DNA from: a virus
Length of the DNA: 64,000 nucleotides
Virus record (IMG/VR): IMGVR_UViG_3300045988_157167
Location: 1-64,000 of that record
Strand: one strand, 5' to 3'
Part shown: piece by piece, positions 19,002 through 28,699 of the stretch
Position numbering within the stretch: the first letter of the stretch is position 1
How the letters are laid out: each line of letters opens with the position of its first letter
Made by a program: the position numbers and the translations under genes
The notes under the pieces: model-generated
What the model was told of the DNA's origin: nothing
What the model saw: the letters and a program-made list of their open reading frames with translations, nothing else
The model's database searches: none

Positions 19002-19425
19002 ATCCTAGTTCAAAGTGTTTTGTTAATTCACACTTAGTAACATTGATGATTTTAACTACATCATCATAGTTTTTTTGAATATCATTAAACTCTTGAGAAT
19101 TTGTAATTTCAATGTCATGTATTCCTTTTAAGAGAATATCTTCTCCTTCGTTGAATGTATAATAATTACTTTTATCTTCAAGTTTACTAAATTCTTTAGG
19201 ACCTATGTAAGTTTTACCTTCATAAGTCCCATAATTTACAAAAACTAATATTTTATTATCTATATCCGCAGATGAACCGGTTGTCTTTAAAAATTTAACT
19301 CCTGTAGCTTGTTGCCAATCGATACCCGTTAAATAAGTTCGGTGATAAATGGGTTTTCGATTTTCATCTAAAGATATATTGAATAAAGTTGCACTATCTT
19401 CGTTATATCCGAACACATTTACCAC
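18994..19425 (-). CDS. head-tail adaptor / head closure protein
   Basis: Called from synteny within the connector block. Confidence 0.45.
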   Translation of the reverse strand: MVNVFGYNEDSATLFNISLDENRKPIYHRTYLTGIDWQQATGVKFLKTTGSSADIDNKILVFVNYGTYEGKTYIGPKEFSKLEDKSNYYTFNEGEDILLKGIHDIEITNSQEFNDIQKNYDDVVKIINVTKCELTKHFELGCE

Positions 19426-19767
19426 CTAACCTCTCAATTTAACTACTGCTACAGGTAAAAGTTCCTTGATCTCGTTAGTTATATCATAAGCACCGCTAGA
19501 ACTAATACTTTCATCAAACGTAGTCTTCTTATTACCTTGAGAAATTGATTTGACACCTCTCACACTTGAATAATTAACTGCATTAGAAATTAAAAGAAAC
19601 AGAGCAGGTTGATACTCTGTTTCTAATTGTTCAGCTGTTATAGTTCTATTAAGTCTATTCTTAAAATAAAGTAATAGCTTTTGAGTAGCAAGTTGTTTAT
19701 GAATGACTAAACTTGATTCGCTTTCGTTAGGAAACTTTTTTTGTAATATAAAATCCAAGTTAGTCAT
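19426..19767 (-). CDS. head-tail connector protein
   Basis: Called from synteny; abuts the neighbouring ORFs with no gap. Confidence 0.45.
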   Translation of the reverse strand: MTNLDFILQKKFPNESESSLVIHKQLATQKLLLYFKNRLNRTITAEQLETEYQPALFLLISNAVNYSSVRGVKSISQGNKKTTFDESISSSGAYDITNEIKELLPVAVVKLRG

Positions 19768-20013
19768 TTAAAACAACTCCTTTAAAATTTTAACTAAATC
19801 TGATTTTGTCAGTGTTGTATAGCCTTTAACTTTTTTTTCTTTAGCTAAATTCTTTAACTCATTATATTTTAAAGAATCTAAATCTATTATTTCGGATTTT
19901 TCCTCTGAGTTGTCGATATTTTGAACTAATTCATAACCTTCAGCAATATATTTTTTTGCCTGTTCTATGGTTTCTACTGTTCTATGAACATTTTCTTTTT
20001 TTATTTCAAACAT
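19768..20013 (-). CDS. Rho-N/SAP-like domain protein
   Basis: The C-terminal LKYNELKNLAKEKKVKGYTTLTKSDLVKILKE resembles the Rho N-terminal/SAP helix-extended-helix motif. Lies after the capsid gene. Confidence 0.5.
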   Translation of the reverse strand: MFEIKKENVHRTVETIEQAKKYIAEGYELVQNIDNSEEKSEIIDLDSLKYNELKNLAKEKKVKGYTTLTKSDLVKILKELF

Positions 20014-20025
20014 GAAAGAATCAAA

Positions 20026-20985
20026 CTAATGACTTTCAGATTGAGTAGGTTTTGCATCTTTTATATTAGCATATACCCCCTCTTTTTTGCTTTCTAATAC
20101 CCATAAATCATGGTATCTTCTGTAGTCCATAGCCCATGCATTTGCACTTTGGTTAGTTTCAGGGTCAAATATTCTCATGATATCTTGTTTAGTTACTGCT
20201 AAAGGTAAATCTAAAGGCATGATTAAAAAGTTAACATCTAATCCAGAAGTTGCTTTAATGTATCCGCCAGTAGTTTGACCACTAGTCGAACCATCATATA
20301 ATTGTATTGCACTGTATAATCTATTTTGTGGAACTGGTATAATTGGGCATCCATCAATAGCTGGAACTTTAGTGTTTATTCCACCTTGAGAAAAAGATAC
20401 AGATGCTAATTTACCTAATGCAGCTTCTTCTATAGCTAGTTGTGTATCATAGTTACACATAATAACTAGTGTTCCATTATGGCATTTTTCTCTTAATGTT
20501 TTTATACCTTTTTTTATTTTAGCTATAACAGTTGAATTTGCTACAGTATATCCATATTCTACATTTTCATCATTAGCTACACCCATAGCAGTTGTTGCTA
20601 ATTTACTTAATCTATAAGCATCTACTTCAGGTATAACTTTAGTTCTTTGAAATTCACCCATGATTGTTGTTGCTGTTAATACAAAGTTAGTTTCATCAAC
20701 ATCTTGAGAATCTATTTGGAATTTACGTCCTCTATCTTGTGTCATTGTGTAAGTTTTGTATTCGTATTTGATAGATCCTTTAGTATATCCACTATCAGCT
20801 TGTCTGTCATAGTTAGCAAGTCCGTCCATTGATAATTGAGGTATTTTAACTTCTTTACCACCGTTATATTTAACTTGACCTGCATTGGCATCCATCCAGC
20901 CTGTCAATGATTCATGTACCATTTGTTTGTCTAATGCATTTTGTAAAATTTGAGCATATGATATTGTGTTAGCCATGCTAAACAC
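20026..20985 (-). CDS. major capsid protein
   Basis: 319 aa directly downstream of the scaffold gene; size and synteny fit. Confidence 0.75.
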   Translation of the reverse strand: MFSMANTISYAQILQNALDKQMVHESLTGWMDANAGQVKYNGGKEVKIPQLSMDGLANYDRQADSGYTKGSIKYEYKTYTMTQDRGRKFQIDSQDVDETNFVLTATTIMGEFQRTKVIPEVDAYRLSKLATTAMGVANDENVEYGYTVANSTVIAKIKKGIKTLREKCHNGTLVIMCNYDTQLAIEEAALGKLASVSFSQGGINTKVPAIDGCPIIPVPQNRLYSAIQLYDGSTSGQTTGGYIKATSGLDVNFLIMPLDLPLAVTKQDIMRIFDPETNQSANAWAMDYRRYHDLWVLESKKEGVYANIKDAKPTQSESH

Positions 20986-21003
20986 CTCCTAATTAATTTA
21001 TTT

Positions 21004-21708
21004 TTATGACAAGCCTAAAATTTGATTTACTTGAGCTTGAACAGGATCAACAGAATCTCCATTTCCCCCACCACTAGGATTAAACGGATTATTTGTCATA
21101 TCAGTTTTAAGGACTTCTTGTCCGTATTCGCTAAATGCATTAGCTAATTTATCTATATTCTGTTTACTGATATCCATATCCTCACCAACTACAAACTCTA
21201 AGAAATTTTCGACTTGTTTTGGATATTTCATTTCTGCTAGATAAGTACGACTTTCTTTGATTCTACCTTCATGAGCTAACTTAGCTTCATTCTCTGCATT
21301 TTTCTTTTCTGTTGCAGCATTTTTTTCTTCCATTTCTTTAAGTCTTGTTTCCATAGCTTCCATTTGTTCTCTTTGAGCCTTTTGTTCAGGAGTTTCGTGT
21401 TTTGGAGCAGTTGCCTTTTTTATTTCACTTTCTATAATTCCTGGCATCTTTTTAGTTTTAAAACTTTCAACTCCTTTAGATACTGCACTGTCTAATTGAG
21501 ATTGGTTATATCCTTGTATTGCTTTATTTGTTTCAAGGATATTTTTATAATCTTCAACAGTTAATTTGTTAACATCAAAAGGTATTTCTTTAACTTCTGC
21601 TATTCCATCAATCCCTTTTAAAACTTCAGTAACATCGGCAGTTTCATCTATATCGTTTAATTTTTCTAACAAATCTTTTTTGATTATCATTTTTACCTCT
21701 TTCCCCAT
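21004..21708 (-). CDS. capsid scaffolding protein
   Basis: E/K/A-rich coiled-coil centre (QREQMEAMETRLKEMEEKNAATEKKNAENEAKLAHE), located upstream of the capsid gene. Confidence 0.65.
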   Translation of the reverse strand: MGKEVKMIIKKDLLEKLNDIDETADVTEVLKGIDGIAEVKEIPFDVNKLTVEDYKNILETNKAIQGYNQSQLDSAVSKGVESFKTKKMPGIIESEIKKATAPKHETPEQKAQREQMEAMETRLKEMEEKNAATEKKNAENEAKLAHEGRIKESRTYLAEMKYPKQVENFLEFVVGEDMDISKQNIDKLANAFSEYGQEVLKTDMTNNPFNPSGGGNGDSVDPVQAQVNQILGLS

Positions 21709-21778
21709 GAAGTACTAGCCCTCATAGTATTTAAATAAGAATTTAGTCCCTCGAAGTACTAGCCCCCAAAGTACTTAG
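21709..21778 (-). repeat. direct repeats GAAGTACTAGCCC x2 plus a partial third copy in the scaffold-gene leader
   Basis: Exact 13-mers at 21709-21721 and 21753-21765, with partial AAAGTACTTAG at 21768-21778. The AGTACT cores can pair as an RNA hairpin. Confidence 0.6.
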
Positions 21779-21797
21779 TTTACCCTCGTTTCGGAGC

Positions 21798-21821
21798 ATA
21801 AAAATAAGCCCTCTCGGGCTT
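21798..21821 (-). terminator. intrinsic terminator upstream of the head module
   Basis: The minus strand reads AAGCCC-GAGA-GGGCUU followed by AUUUUUAU. Confidence 0.6.
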
Positions 21822-21985
21822 TTATTATCTTGTTAATTTATATATTTCGGTAAATATTGTATCTGTGATATATTGTTCATGTACATAAGATTTTTGATTA
21901 TACTCATTTATCTTATCGTTGTATAATTGAGCTAACTCAAACCAATCTGCATTTTTACACTTTGCTTTGTTGAATATACTGGCTG

Positions 21986-22177
21986 CTACTTGCTTTTTGC
22001 TTTATCCTTAGCGAAACTTTTATATATGAAAGTATAATAATTTTCATCATCTTCAGATAAATAATAAGTAGCACCATTTAATTTTAGTTTCTTTAAAGGT
22101 TTCTGTTTTGGTCTTTTTATTACTTTAACTTCTATAGCATCACAAGGTAATGATACAAAATCAAATAATTTTTTCAT
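21986..22177 (-). CDS. hypothetical protein
   Basis: 63-aa basic ORF in the coding orientation of the operon. Confidence 0.45.
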   Translation of the reverse strand: MKKLFDFVSLPCDAIEVKVIKRPKQKPLKKLKLNGATYYLSEDDENYYTFIYKSFAKDKAKSK

Positions 22178-22437
22178 TTAATCATTCTTTATGTAATTTC
22201 TATTTATTTCCAAAGATATAAACTATCAAGGGACTTTTTACAAGTACCTTAGAATTGATTTTAGAAGGTTGAATTATGTAAACCTATCTTCTATTTCTTT
22301 TCCATTTAGTCTTTTTACTTATTCCTTGCATTCTTCTTACATAATTGCTAAAACTTTCTGACATCCAATCAAACGGAATCATGTAATTCACCTCCCCTGC
22401 TTTAGATAGTCCTAATAATTGTTTTATATCAAACATA

Positions 22438-22926
22438 CTATTCCTTCTTTCTTTCTATCAATTCTGCTCTTTTTATATTCAATCTTACTACATAAACAAT
22501 ACTAAGTATTGATAGAACAATACTTGCTATCCAGTCTATAGCATTTGATAGATGTATATGAAGTATTGCTAATACTATTGAAAATATTGTGTATGCTAGA
22601 GCGTATACTCCTACAAAGGCATATATGCCTAAAAGGAAATCATAATCTTCTTTTCCATACTTATTTTGCTCAACTTTGTAATTCTCCCATTTCTTATAAG
22701 CATCTATGTACATTTCTTTTTTATCTCCATTGTATGTACATTCATAATACATTCCGTCAAATAAAGTTGTACTTAATAATGCTTTGTTATTTTGTAAAAC
22801 TTTAGCACACCAAACCATAAACACGTCATCTTTTGTTATTTGCTTGTTATCTGATTTATCTAAATGATTATTCGTATATTTTACAACTTCATCTTTACAC
22901 CAATCTAAAAACTCTTGTTCGTTCAT
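22438..22926 (-). CDS. hypothetical membrane protein
   Basis: Soluble N-terminal half followed by two C-terminal hydrophobic helices (LLGIYAFVGVYALAYTIFSIVLAIL; IASIVLSILSIVYVV). Confidence 0.55.
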   Translation of the reverse strand: MNEQEFLDWCKDEVVKYTNNHLDKSDNKQITKDDVFMVWCAKVLQNNKALLSTTLFDGMYYECTYNGDKKEMYIDAYKKWENYKVEQNKYGKEDYDFLLGIYAFVGVYALAYTIFSIVLAILHIHLSNAIDWIASIVLSILSIVYVVRLNIKRAELIERKKE

Positions 22927-22935
22927 AATTTCCTC

Positions 22936-23181
22936 CTATAATTCTATATTTTCTATTTTTGCTCTTTCTTCTAATACATTTCTGTATGCTTCCATATATA
23001 CTAATTGAGTGTGTAATATTTCATATGAGCAGTTAGGAGTAAAATTAAGAGTTCCATTTTTATATCCTTCTAGCATTCTTTGCAATCCAGCTATTCTATT
23101 ATCTAGTTGATAATATTCAGCTTTAAATCTATCTTTAAAATCTGTTCCTAACATTAAATCTACTGTATCTTGTAATTTCAT
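22936..23181 (-). CDS. hypothetical protein
   Basis: 81-aa ORF with an RBS present and tight spacing to its neighbours. Confidence 0.5.
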   Translation of the reverse strand: MKLQDTVDLMLGTDFKDRFKAEYYQLDNRIAGLQRMLEGYKNGTLNFTPNCSYEILHTQLVYMEAYRNVLEERAKIENIEL

Positions 23182-23194
23182 TTATTTACTCTCC

Positions 23195-23965
23195 TTATCC
23201 TTCTAAGTATTTTACAAACTCTTTGCCATTTGTACAAAACTGTGCTATCATTGCTTTCATTAAGCCATATGACATTCCAGAATGACCTTGACTATCTAAT
23301 TCATTACTAGCTCTTTTAAAACTATCCTCTGTTTTTGTTTGTAATATTTCTTCTATGTCTAATGTGCAATCCAATTCCATTCCTTCATAGAGGTCTTTGG
23401 CTCTTATTGGAACAATTTCATCCCAGTACTCCCACTTGTCTTCAGGAAGTATTTCATGTCCTCTTTTAACCCAATTAGAAATTCCTTCGACTCCTCTTAT
23501 TTTTTTTGTTCCAACTTTATTTAAATAACTTGCAACTTCTTCTAGTGATTTAAAATATTTCCCACCATTTCTTTCTACCATAACACCAACTTTGTCTAAA
23601 GATTTCATTTGCCCTTCATCAAATTGTTTTTCTGTTTCATCATGTCCTATAAAAAATTTATTTTCTTCTCCATTCCATCTAAGATCAGGTATGTAATCTA
23701 TATCTGATTTTAGCACACAGAATAAAGTTTTATTAGGTCTTTTATTACTATCATCTATTACTTCTGCTATACTATACACTCCTGTCATTAATGGAGTTAT
23801 AACATATAAGCAATAATCACATATTTCTCTTTGTTTTAATTCTTCCTGATAGCATTCTTCCGTCCAATCATCTACTACTGGATTAAAATAATCTATATTA
23901 AGCATCGGAATTAATTTATCTCTCCATTTACTGTTATTACAAGTCCCACCTAAAAATACTTTCAT
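23195..23965 (-). CDS. nucleoside 2-deoxyribosyltransferase-like domain protein
   Basis: The N-terminus MKVFLGGTCNNSKWRDKLIPMLNIDYFNPVV resembles the NDT-like fold family. Assigned from motif memory only. Confidence 0.4.
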   Translation of the reverse strand: MKVFLGGTCNNSKWRDKLIPMLNIDYFNPVVDDWTEECYQEELKQREICDYCLYVITPLMTGVYSIAEVIDDSNKRPNKTLFCVLKSDIDYIPDLRWNGEENKFFIGHDETEKQFDEGQMKSLDKVGVMVERNGGKYFKSLEEVASYLNKVGTKKIRGVEGISNWVKRGHEILPEDKWEYWDEIVPIRAKDLYEGMELDCTLDIEEILQTKTEDSFKRASNELDSQGHSGMSYGLMKAMIAQFCTNGKEFVKYLEG

Positions 23966-23978
23966 TATTTTCCTCCTA

Positions 23979-24734
23979 TCATCTTATAACTATAAAATAA
24001 CATTTACAGAAGTTATGCTGTGGTATTAAATCATAAGCTTCTTCAGCGGTTAAAATAGTACCATGCATACTTTCACAATCACTGCATGTTCTTTCTTCTA
24101 AAACTGAACAATACATAAATTTTTTATCTCTATTACAATAAATAAAGATATCATTTGCTATTCTACTAAGCTCAGATATCAATATTCCTCTTGCTCTTTT
24201 TCTACTCATCTTTTGTCTTTGTGTTAGCCATGATGCAATATTATATAAATTCTTCTTATTATAAGCTATTTTCAATCTTTTTTTAGTTCGATTGTTTATT
24301 TTAGCCATATTGCTTTGTATTCTTTGCTTATACGTTTTACTTTTGTATTTTCTATTTAATATTTTCTGTTTTTCTTCATTGTCTACAAAATATCCAAAAT
24401 ACTCTACAATTTCTTCAAACATTTCATCAAAGAAGTTATCTATTAAATCTTCAAGCCATTCATCTTCGTTATTAAGCATTGATAGAACTGCTATAACAAT
24501 AAATCTTTCAGCACTTTCGTAATCTTTTGATGTTTTTTCTATTTGATAAGCAAAATTAGCAGTTTCCATCAACTCTCTAATCTGCTTATCTGTTTTATTC
24601 ATCTTTTTAAGATATTTTTCAAGTTCCTGTTCGGCCTGATTATATGCTTTTTCCATGAAACTTTTAGTTTCTTCAGCACTTCTATTCTTCGATGTTTGCT
24701 TCTGTGTGTTGGTGTTTGTCGCCATACAATTCAC
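23979..24734 (-). CDS. head morphogenesis protein (SPP1 gp7 / Mu F-like)
   Basis: Downstream of the portal gene, with a C-terminal Cys motif CSDCESMHG...PQHNFCKCYF typical of this family. The true start may be internal because the ORF overlaps the portal gene by 53 nt. Confidence 0.7.
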   Translation of the reverse strand: MNCMATNTNTQKQTSKNRSAEETKSFMEKAYNQAEQELEKYLKKMNKTDKQIRELMETANFAYQIEKTSKDYESAERFIVIAVLSMLNNEDEWLEDLIDNFFDEMFEEIVEYFGYFVDNEEKQKILNRKYKSKTYKQRIQSNMAKINNRTKKRLKIAYNKKNLYNIASWLTQRQKMSRKRARGILISELSRIANDIFIYCNRDKKFMYCSVLEERTCSDCESMHGTILTAEEAYDLIPQHNFCKCYFIVIR

Positions 24735-26094
24735 CTAAACTTTCATCTTCCCTCTTCATTTCTTCTTCATATTCTCTTGCAATTTGTCTTTGTTCAGCAT
24801 CTAAATCTACTATAAATCCAAATCTACTTGATGCTGTTCTCTTGGAAATAACTCCAGGAGGAACTTGACTAAGCATTTGAGCTGTAGCTAAATCATCTTG
24901 AGGGATATTTGCAGTATAAATAATTTTTATTTTTTTCCAATCAAAATTCTTTGCTTTGAAGTAATTTATATAATTGCACCAAAATTTCAATCTATTTGTA
25001 ACTATATTTGAGTGAGCATTTATTTGAAGTGCACATTTATTTTCCAGTGCTATTAATCTACTTCTAAGTGTAATTCCGCTTAAATTTGATTGTAATCTTT
25101 CGTTGTGATTTATATGACAACTTATTTGATACATATCATCTTTATATCTGTCTAGCGTATTTTGTACAAAAGTATCGTTAATTTGCTTAATTAACCATTG
25201 AATTTTACCTTCTTTACCTACCATTAAGATGCCTTTTTTCTTCATTTCTAAAATTGGATCTATTTTCATTTCTTTTCCGGTTTCTTCATCAACAACTATT
25301 TTTTCTTCTTCAAATTCACAATCTGTCATAACCATATATGCGTTTCTAAAGTCTGAAATTTCATTTCCTAAATCAGATAAATTAGTTTCATAAGCATCTT
25401 GTAAACCTTTTAAGTCTTTATATAAACTATCTTCTGTTAGTTCTTCAGTTAATTTTCCTACTGAAACAGGTATTGTACCAAATCTATGGTTTGTTGGAGG
25501 TTCAACTTGATTAAACTCTCTATCTAAATGATAAATACATTTTTTTGTATAAACATCTATATGATAAACATCTACATCTAAATGTTCTACTTTTACATCC
25601 ATATAAAACAAAACATTGTCATATTCATCTTGATATGCATATCCTGTTAAAGGAGTTGAAATAACACTTTTAAAACCTTCTTCATCATATCGATAAAGTT
25701 CAAATACTTTTGTAAATATAACCATGTATTTCATTAAGTCACTATCATGATTTTTATTCCATAAAGCCATAGTTGATGTTAATTCATCCAATAAACCTGG
25801 TTGTTCTTTACTTTCATAAGTAATAGGATTTCCTACAGTATAAGAGACCTCTTCCTTTACAAATTTTTTAAAAAAATTAGTATTTACTTTTAAATTCGAC
25901 CTTTGTGTAATTGTTTTGTAATCGGCCATAGCATCTGTATTGCCTTTATAATAGTCATACATTTTTTGATATTTATGTAAATCAGACTCAAAACATTGAT
26001 ACATATATCTGACAAAATTTAAATGATCAGGAATATTCAAATCTAAAGCCATTCCTTTTTTTAGACCATCTACGATTTCTGCTACAGTCTGCAT
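24682..26094 (-). CDS. portal protein (SPP1 Gp6-like)
   Basis: 470 aa; size and position downstream of the large terminase gene. Confidence 0.8.
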   Translation of the reverse strand: MQTVAEIVDGLKKGMALDLNIPDHLNFVRYMYQCFESDLHKYQKMYDYYKGNTDAMADYKTITQRSNLKVNTNFFKKFVKEEVSYTVGNPITYESKEQPGLLDELTSTMALWNKNHDSDLMKYMVIFTKVFELYRYDEEGFKSVISTPLTGYAYQDEYDNVLFYMDVKVEHLDVDVYHIDVYTKKCIYHLDREFNQVEPPTNHRFGTIPVSVGKLTEELTEDSLYKDLKGLQDAYETNLSDLGNEISDFRNAYMVMTDCEFEEEKIVVDEETGKEMKIDPILEMKKKGILMVGKEGKIQWLIKQINDTFVQNTLDRYKDDMYQISCHINHNERLQSNLSGITLRSRLIALENKCALQINAHSNIVTNRLKFWCNYINYFKAKNFDWKKIKIIYTANIPQDDLATAQMLSQVPPGVISKRTASSRFGFIVDLDAEQRQIAREYEEEMKREDESLGELYGDKHQHTEANIEE

Positions 26095-26531
26095 TATTTT
26101 CGGCCTCCTTTTTTATTTATATAATTATTTTTAGTTTTACTTTTTTTAACTTTTATTAAATCTTCAATAAATTTTATGTATTTTTCATCATTTGAAACTC
26201 TTGCATGACTTTTAAGTATATATAAATTATTCGTTTTAGGTTTTCTTTTGTAAATTACATTTTTTATTACTATTTCTGCAATAGTTCTAGAATTTAAATG
26301 AGAATGACCATTTTCCCATTCTTTTTTCGTATTATATACAATAAATCCAATTTTTTTATTACTTTTAACTTTCAGTATAATAAATTCTTTATTTTGGTAT
26401 ATTTTTTCCGACTCGGTATAATTTGTTTTATTCCAGTTCGGTTTTTCTTTCATTAAACTTTCAGATTCCCATAATTCTTTAGGAACATCATAAACACTTA
26501 TAACTTCATCGATAGGCTTATATTTTTTCAT
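26094..26531 (-). CDS. hypothetical basic protein between terL and portal
   Basis: 145-aa K-rich ORF, translationally coupled on both sides. Confidence 0.5.
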   Translation of the reverse strand: MKKYKPIDEVISVYDVPKELWESESLMKEKPNWNKTNYTESEKIYQNKEFIILKVKSNKKIGFIVYNTKKEWENGHSHLNSRTIAEIVIKNVIYKRKPKTNNLYILKSHARVSNDEKYIKFIEDLIKVKKSKTKNNYINKKGGRK

Positions 26532-28283
26532 TTACACACCCAATCTCCTTCTATCCATGAACCTAATTATATTTTTTGTTTTTATTTTTAGTATTTTATT
26601 TGCAAAATCAGAAACAACATCTGCAGCATCATCATGTAGTGTATATGCTGTTCCTTGAAAGTCTAATATCTGATCTGTAAATGCTTTATTATTATCTGCA
26701 AATATTATTTGGCCATTATTAACTGGATCTTGTATAGTTGCAATACGATTATCTTTATTTTTATTATTCATATCATTAATAAATATTAAATTTCTTTTCT
26801 TTAGTTCAGGTATCTTTTCAATCATTTGTTGTATAGTAGTTACATCTGAACCTAAGTAGGTATTTCTTTCTATAGATATATGAGTTATATCTGTAAATTC
26901 TAATAAAATATCAATAATTGTATTACAATACTCTGTGAAACTCATTTTTTCAAGTACCATTCTTCTGATATATTTAAAGTCATTTTCTCCTAATGAACCT
27001 ACTATCATTGCAAATGAGTCAGTTTTCTTTTTCTTATTAGAAGAATTATCTCCCGCTGGGTCAACACAAAGCATTGTTTTTAAAAAAATATGGTCCTCTA
27101 TTTCCTCTACTGATTGAGTTCTTATAGATTTAAACCATTTTTCACCTATACTACTAGCATCATTCATTTTTTCTGACATAAATGATTTTCTATTACTCCA
27201 GTATTTAACTGCTATATCTATAAAAAAATCCCATTTTTCTTCCCATAAAACAGGATATTTCATTTCTTCTTTATGTTTTTCATAAAATTTTCTAGCTTGT
27301 ATTTGAGGATCTTCTATTTTATCGTCAAAATAAATCTTTTTACATTTAATCCATAAATCACTTTCAAATATATCATCTATTGTTTGGCCATCTTCTAATA
27401 AAACAGCTCTATTCATAATAGTATGATAATCTCTATTTCTGCTAAGTTTACTTATTAAGCAATCAATATGTAAAACAGTTCCTATACTTACAAACTTAGT
27501 TGCTGATTTAACTTTTTTACCTTTTCTAAATACTGCAGTATCTCCAACTTCCTCTACTTCTTTACACCATCTATTCCATTTCTTTTCTCTAGCATCTTCA
27601 GTTATAACATCAACTTCGGATTGATAGTCATCGGCAATAACCACCGTAGGTCTTACACCTCCCCAGTTAGCACCACGGACAGAAGTAGTTGAACCTACTG
27701 CTCTTATATATGTATCATTGGTAAACTCAATTTCGCCTGAATTAACCTTGTAATAATCTTTCGAATTAGGCTTTTTACCTTTTAAATCTATTAAGTTTCC
27801 AAATACATCTTTTATAAGCTCATTTTCCAGGAATTCTTTTTTTATAGAATTTAAGAATTGCTCGGCATCATCTGCAGTTTTAGCACCTAATAGAGTAAAC
27901 TTTGATTTTTTATAGCAATGTAACCATATTGCAAGTGTTTTATCGCATATAGTTGACTTAGCAAGTCCTCTAGGTTCTACTATATTAAGTTTATCGTATA
28001 AATCCTGTACAAAGGCCTCCGAGAGAACTCTCCATATTTTATAATGTTCTTCACATAATTCCCTTGCACTGTTGTCATCACTTGGCACGAAAGTTGTTCT
28101 AAGAAAATATAAACTAAAAAAAGTTATATCCTTTTCTCCAATTACCTTTGCAACTTCATTAGGAAGATATTTTTTTCTGATATTATTTTGATTTTTAGGA
28201 AAATATTTCTTTAAATACTTATCAATCAAGTATATAGAGTATTTATTATCATCAGCAAACTCTATATCATCAAAATAAATCAT
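26532..28283 (-). CDS. terL: terminase large subunit
   Basis: 583 aa with a Walker A-like VEPRGLAKST and an acidic VVIADDYQSE motif. Located upstream of the portal gene. Confidence 0.85.
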   Translation of the reverse strand: MIYFDDIEFADDNKYSIYLIDKYLKKYFPKNQNNIRKKYLPNEVAKVIGEKDITFFSLYFLRTTFVPSDDNSARELCEEHYKIWRVLSEAFVQDLYDKLNIVEPRGLAKSTICDKTLAIWLHCYKKSKFTLLGAKTADDAEQFLNSIKKEFLENELIKDVFGNLIDLKGKKPNSKDYYKVNSGEIEFTNDTYIRAVGSTTSVRGANWGGVRPTVVIADDYQSEVDVITEDAREKKWNRWCKEVEEVGDTAVFRKGKKVKSATKFVSIGTVLHIDCLISKLSRNRDYHTIMNRAVLLEDGQTIDDIFESDLWIKCKKIYFDDKIEDPQIQARKFYEKHKEEMKYPVLWEEKWDFFIDIAVKYWSNRKSFMSEKMNDASSIGEKWFKSIRTQSVEEIEDHIFLKTMLCVDPAGDNSSNKKKKTDSFAMIVGSLGENDFKYIRRMVLEKMSFTEYCNTIIDILLEFTDITHISIERNTYLGSDVTTIQQMIEKIPELKKRNLIFINDMNNKNKDNRIATIQDPVNNGQIIFADNNKAFTDQILDFQGTAYTLHDDAADVVSDFANKILKIKTKNIIRFMDRRRLGV

Positions 28284-28337
28284 CTAATCACTCCCTTCTG
28301 AATTTATTTACATAAAAAAAGAGCAGCCAATTAATAA

Positions 28338-28592
28338 CTACTCTTTTGTATTTTTCTTTTTAACATATTTTTTCTTCTTTGATTTATTTTTCTTCTTAGG
28401 AAAAGTCTTTTCTAGTTTGCTTTTAGTCATTGCTCTACCATTTAGGTAACAAATAACTTCTTCTTTTTCTTGCTTACTCTTTTTAACGATATTGTGAGAC
28501 GTTTTTCCATTGATAAATTTATTCATAACCCCAAAATTTCTAGAGTTTTTATCTTTTTCAACATTTAAATAAGCTAATTCATATAATTTCAT
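28338..28592 (-). CDS. hypothetical lysine-rich protein (84 aa)
   Basis: The track ORF extends to 28694 but that part overlaps the tRNA. AAAGGGAGAA is followed at good spacing by ATG at 28592 (MKLYELAYLNVEK...). Confidence 0.5.
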   Translation of the reverse strand: MKLYELAYLNVEKDKNSRNFGVMNKFINGKTSHNIVKKSKQEKEEVICYLNGRAMTKSKLEKTFPKKKNKSKKKKYVKKKNTKE

Positions 28593-28615
28593 AGACATTC
28601 TCCCTTTAAATTTAA

Positions 28616-28693
28616 TGGCTGGCTTAGTGAGATTCGAACTCACAACAAACCATGGTCCGTAGCCATGTGCTCTATCCGTTGAGCTATAAGCCA
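28616..28693 (-). tRNA. tRNA-Arg (anticodon ACG), CCA encoded
   Basis: Hand-folded cloverleaf: acceptor UGGCUUA/UAAGCCA, D stem GCUC/GAGC, anticodon stem CAUGG/CCAUG with loop CUACGGA, T arm GUGAG-UUCGAAU-CUCAC. The variable loop is unusually long at 7 nt. Confidence 0.75.
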
Positions 28694-28699
28694 ATATCT

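Noticed and set aside
22284-22382. A 32-aa minus-strand ORF (MIPFDWMSESFSNYVRRMQGISKKTKWKRNRR) with a GGGGAGGTG RBS, and similar micro-ORFs at 42763-42837, 57957-58143 and 44403-44560.
   Set aside because: They are plausible but too short to support without comparative or expression data, so they are not listed as features.
28593-28694. N-terminal extension of the 118-aa ORF (MAYSSTDRAHGYGPWFVVSSNLTKPAIKFKGR...).
   Set aside because: This part is the reverse-strand image of tRNA-Arg. A good RBS precedes the internal ATG at 28592 instead.
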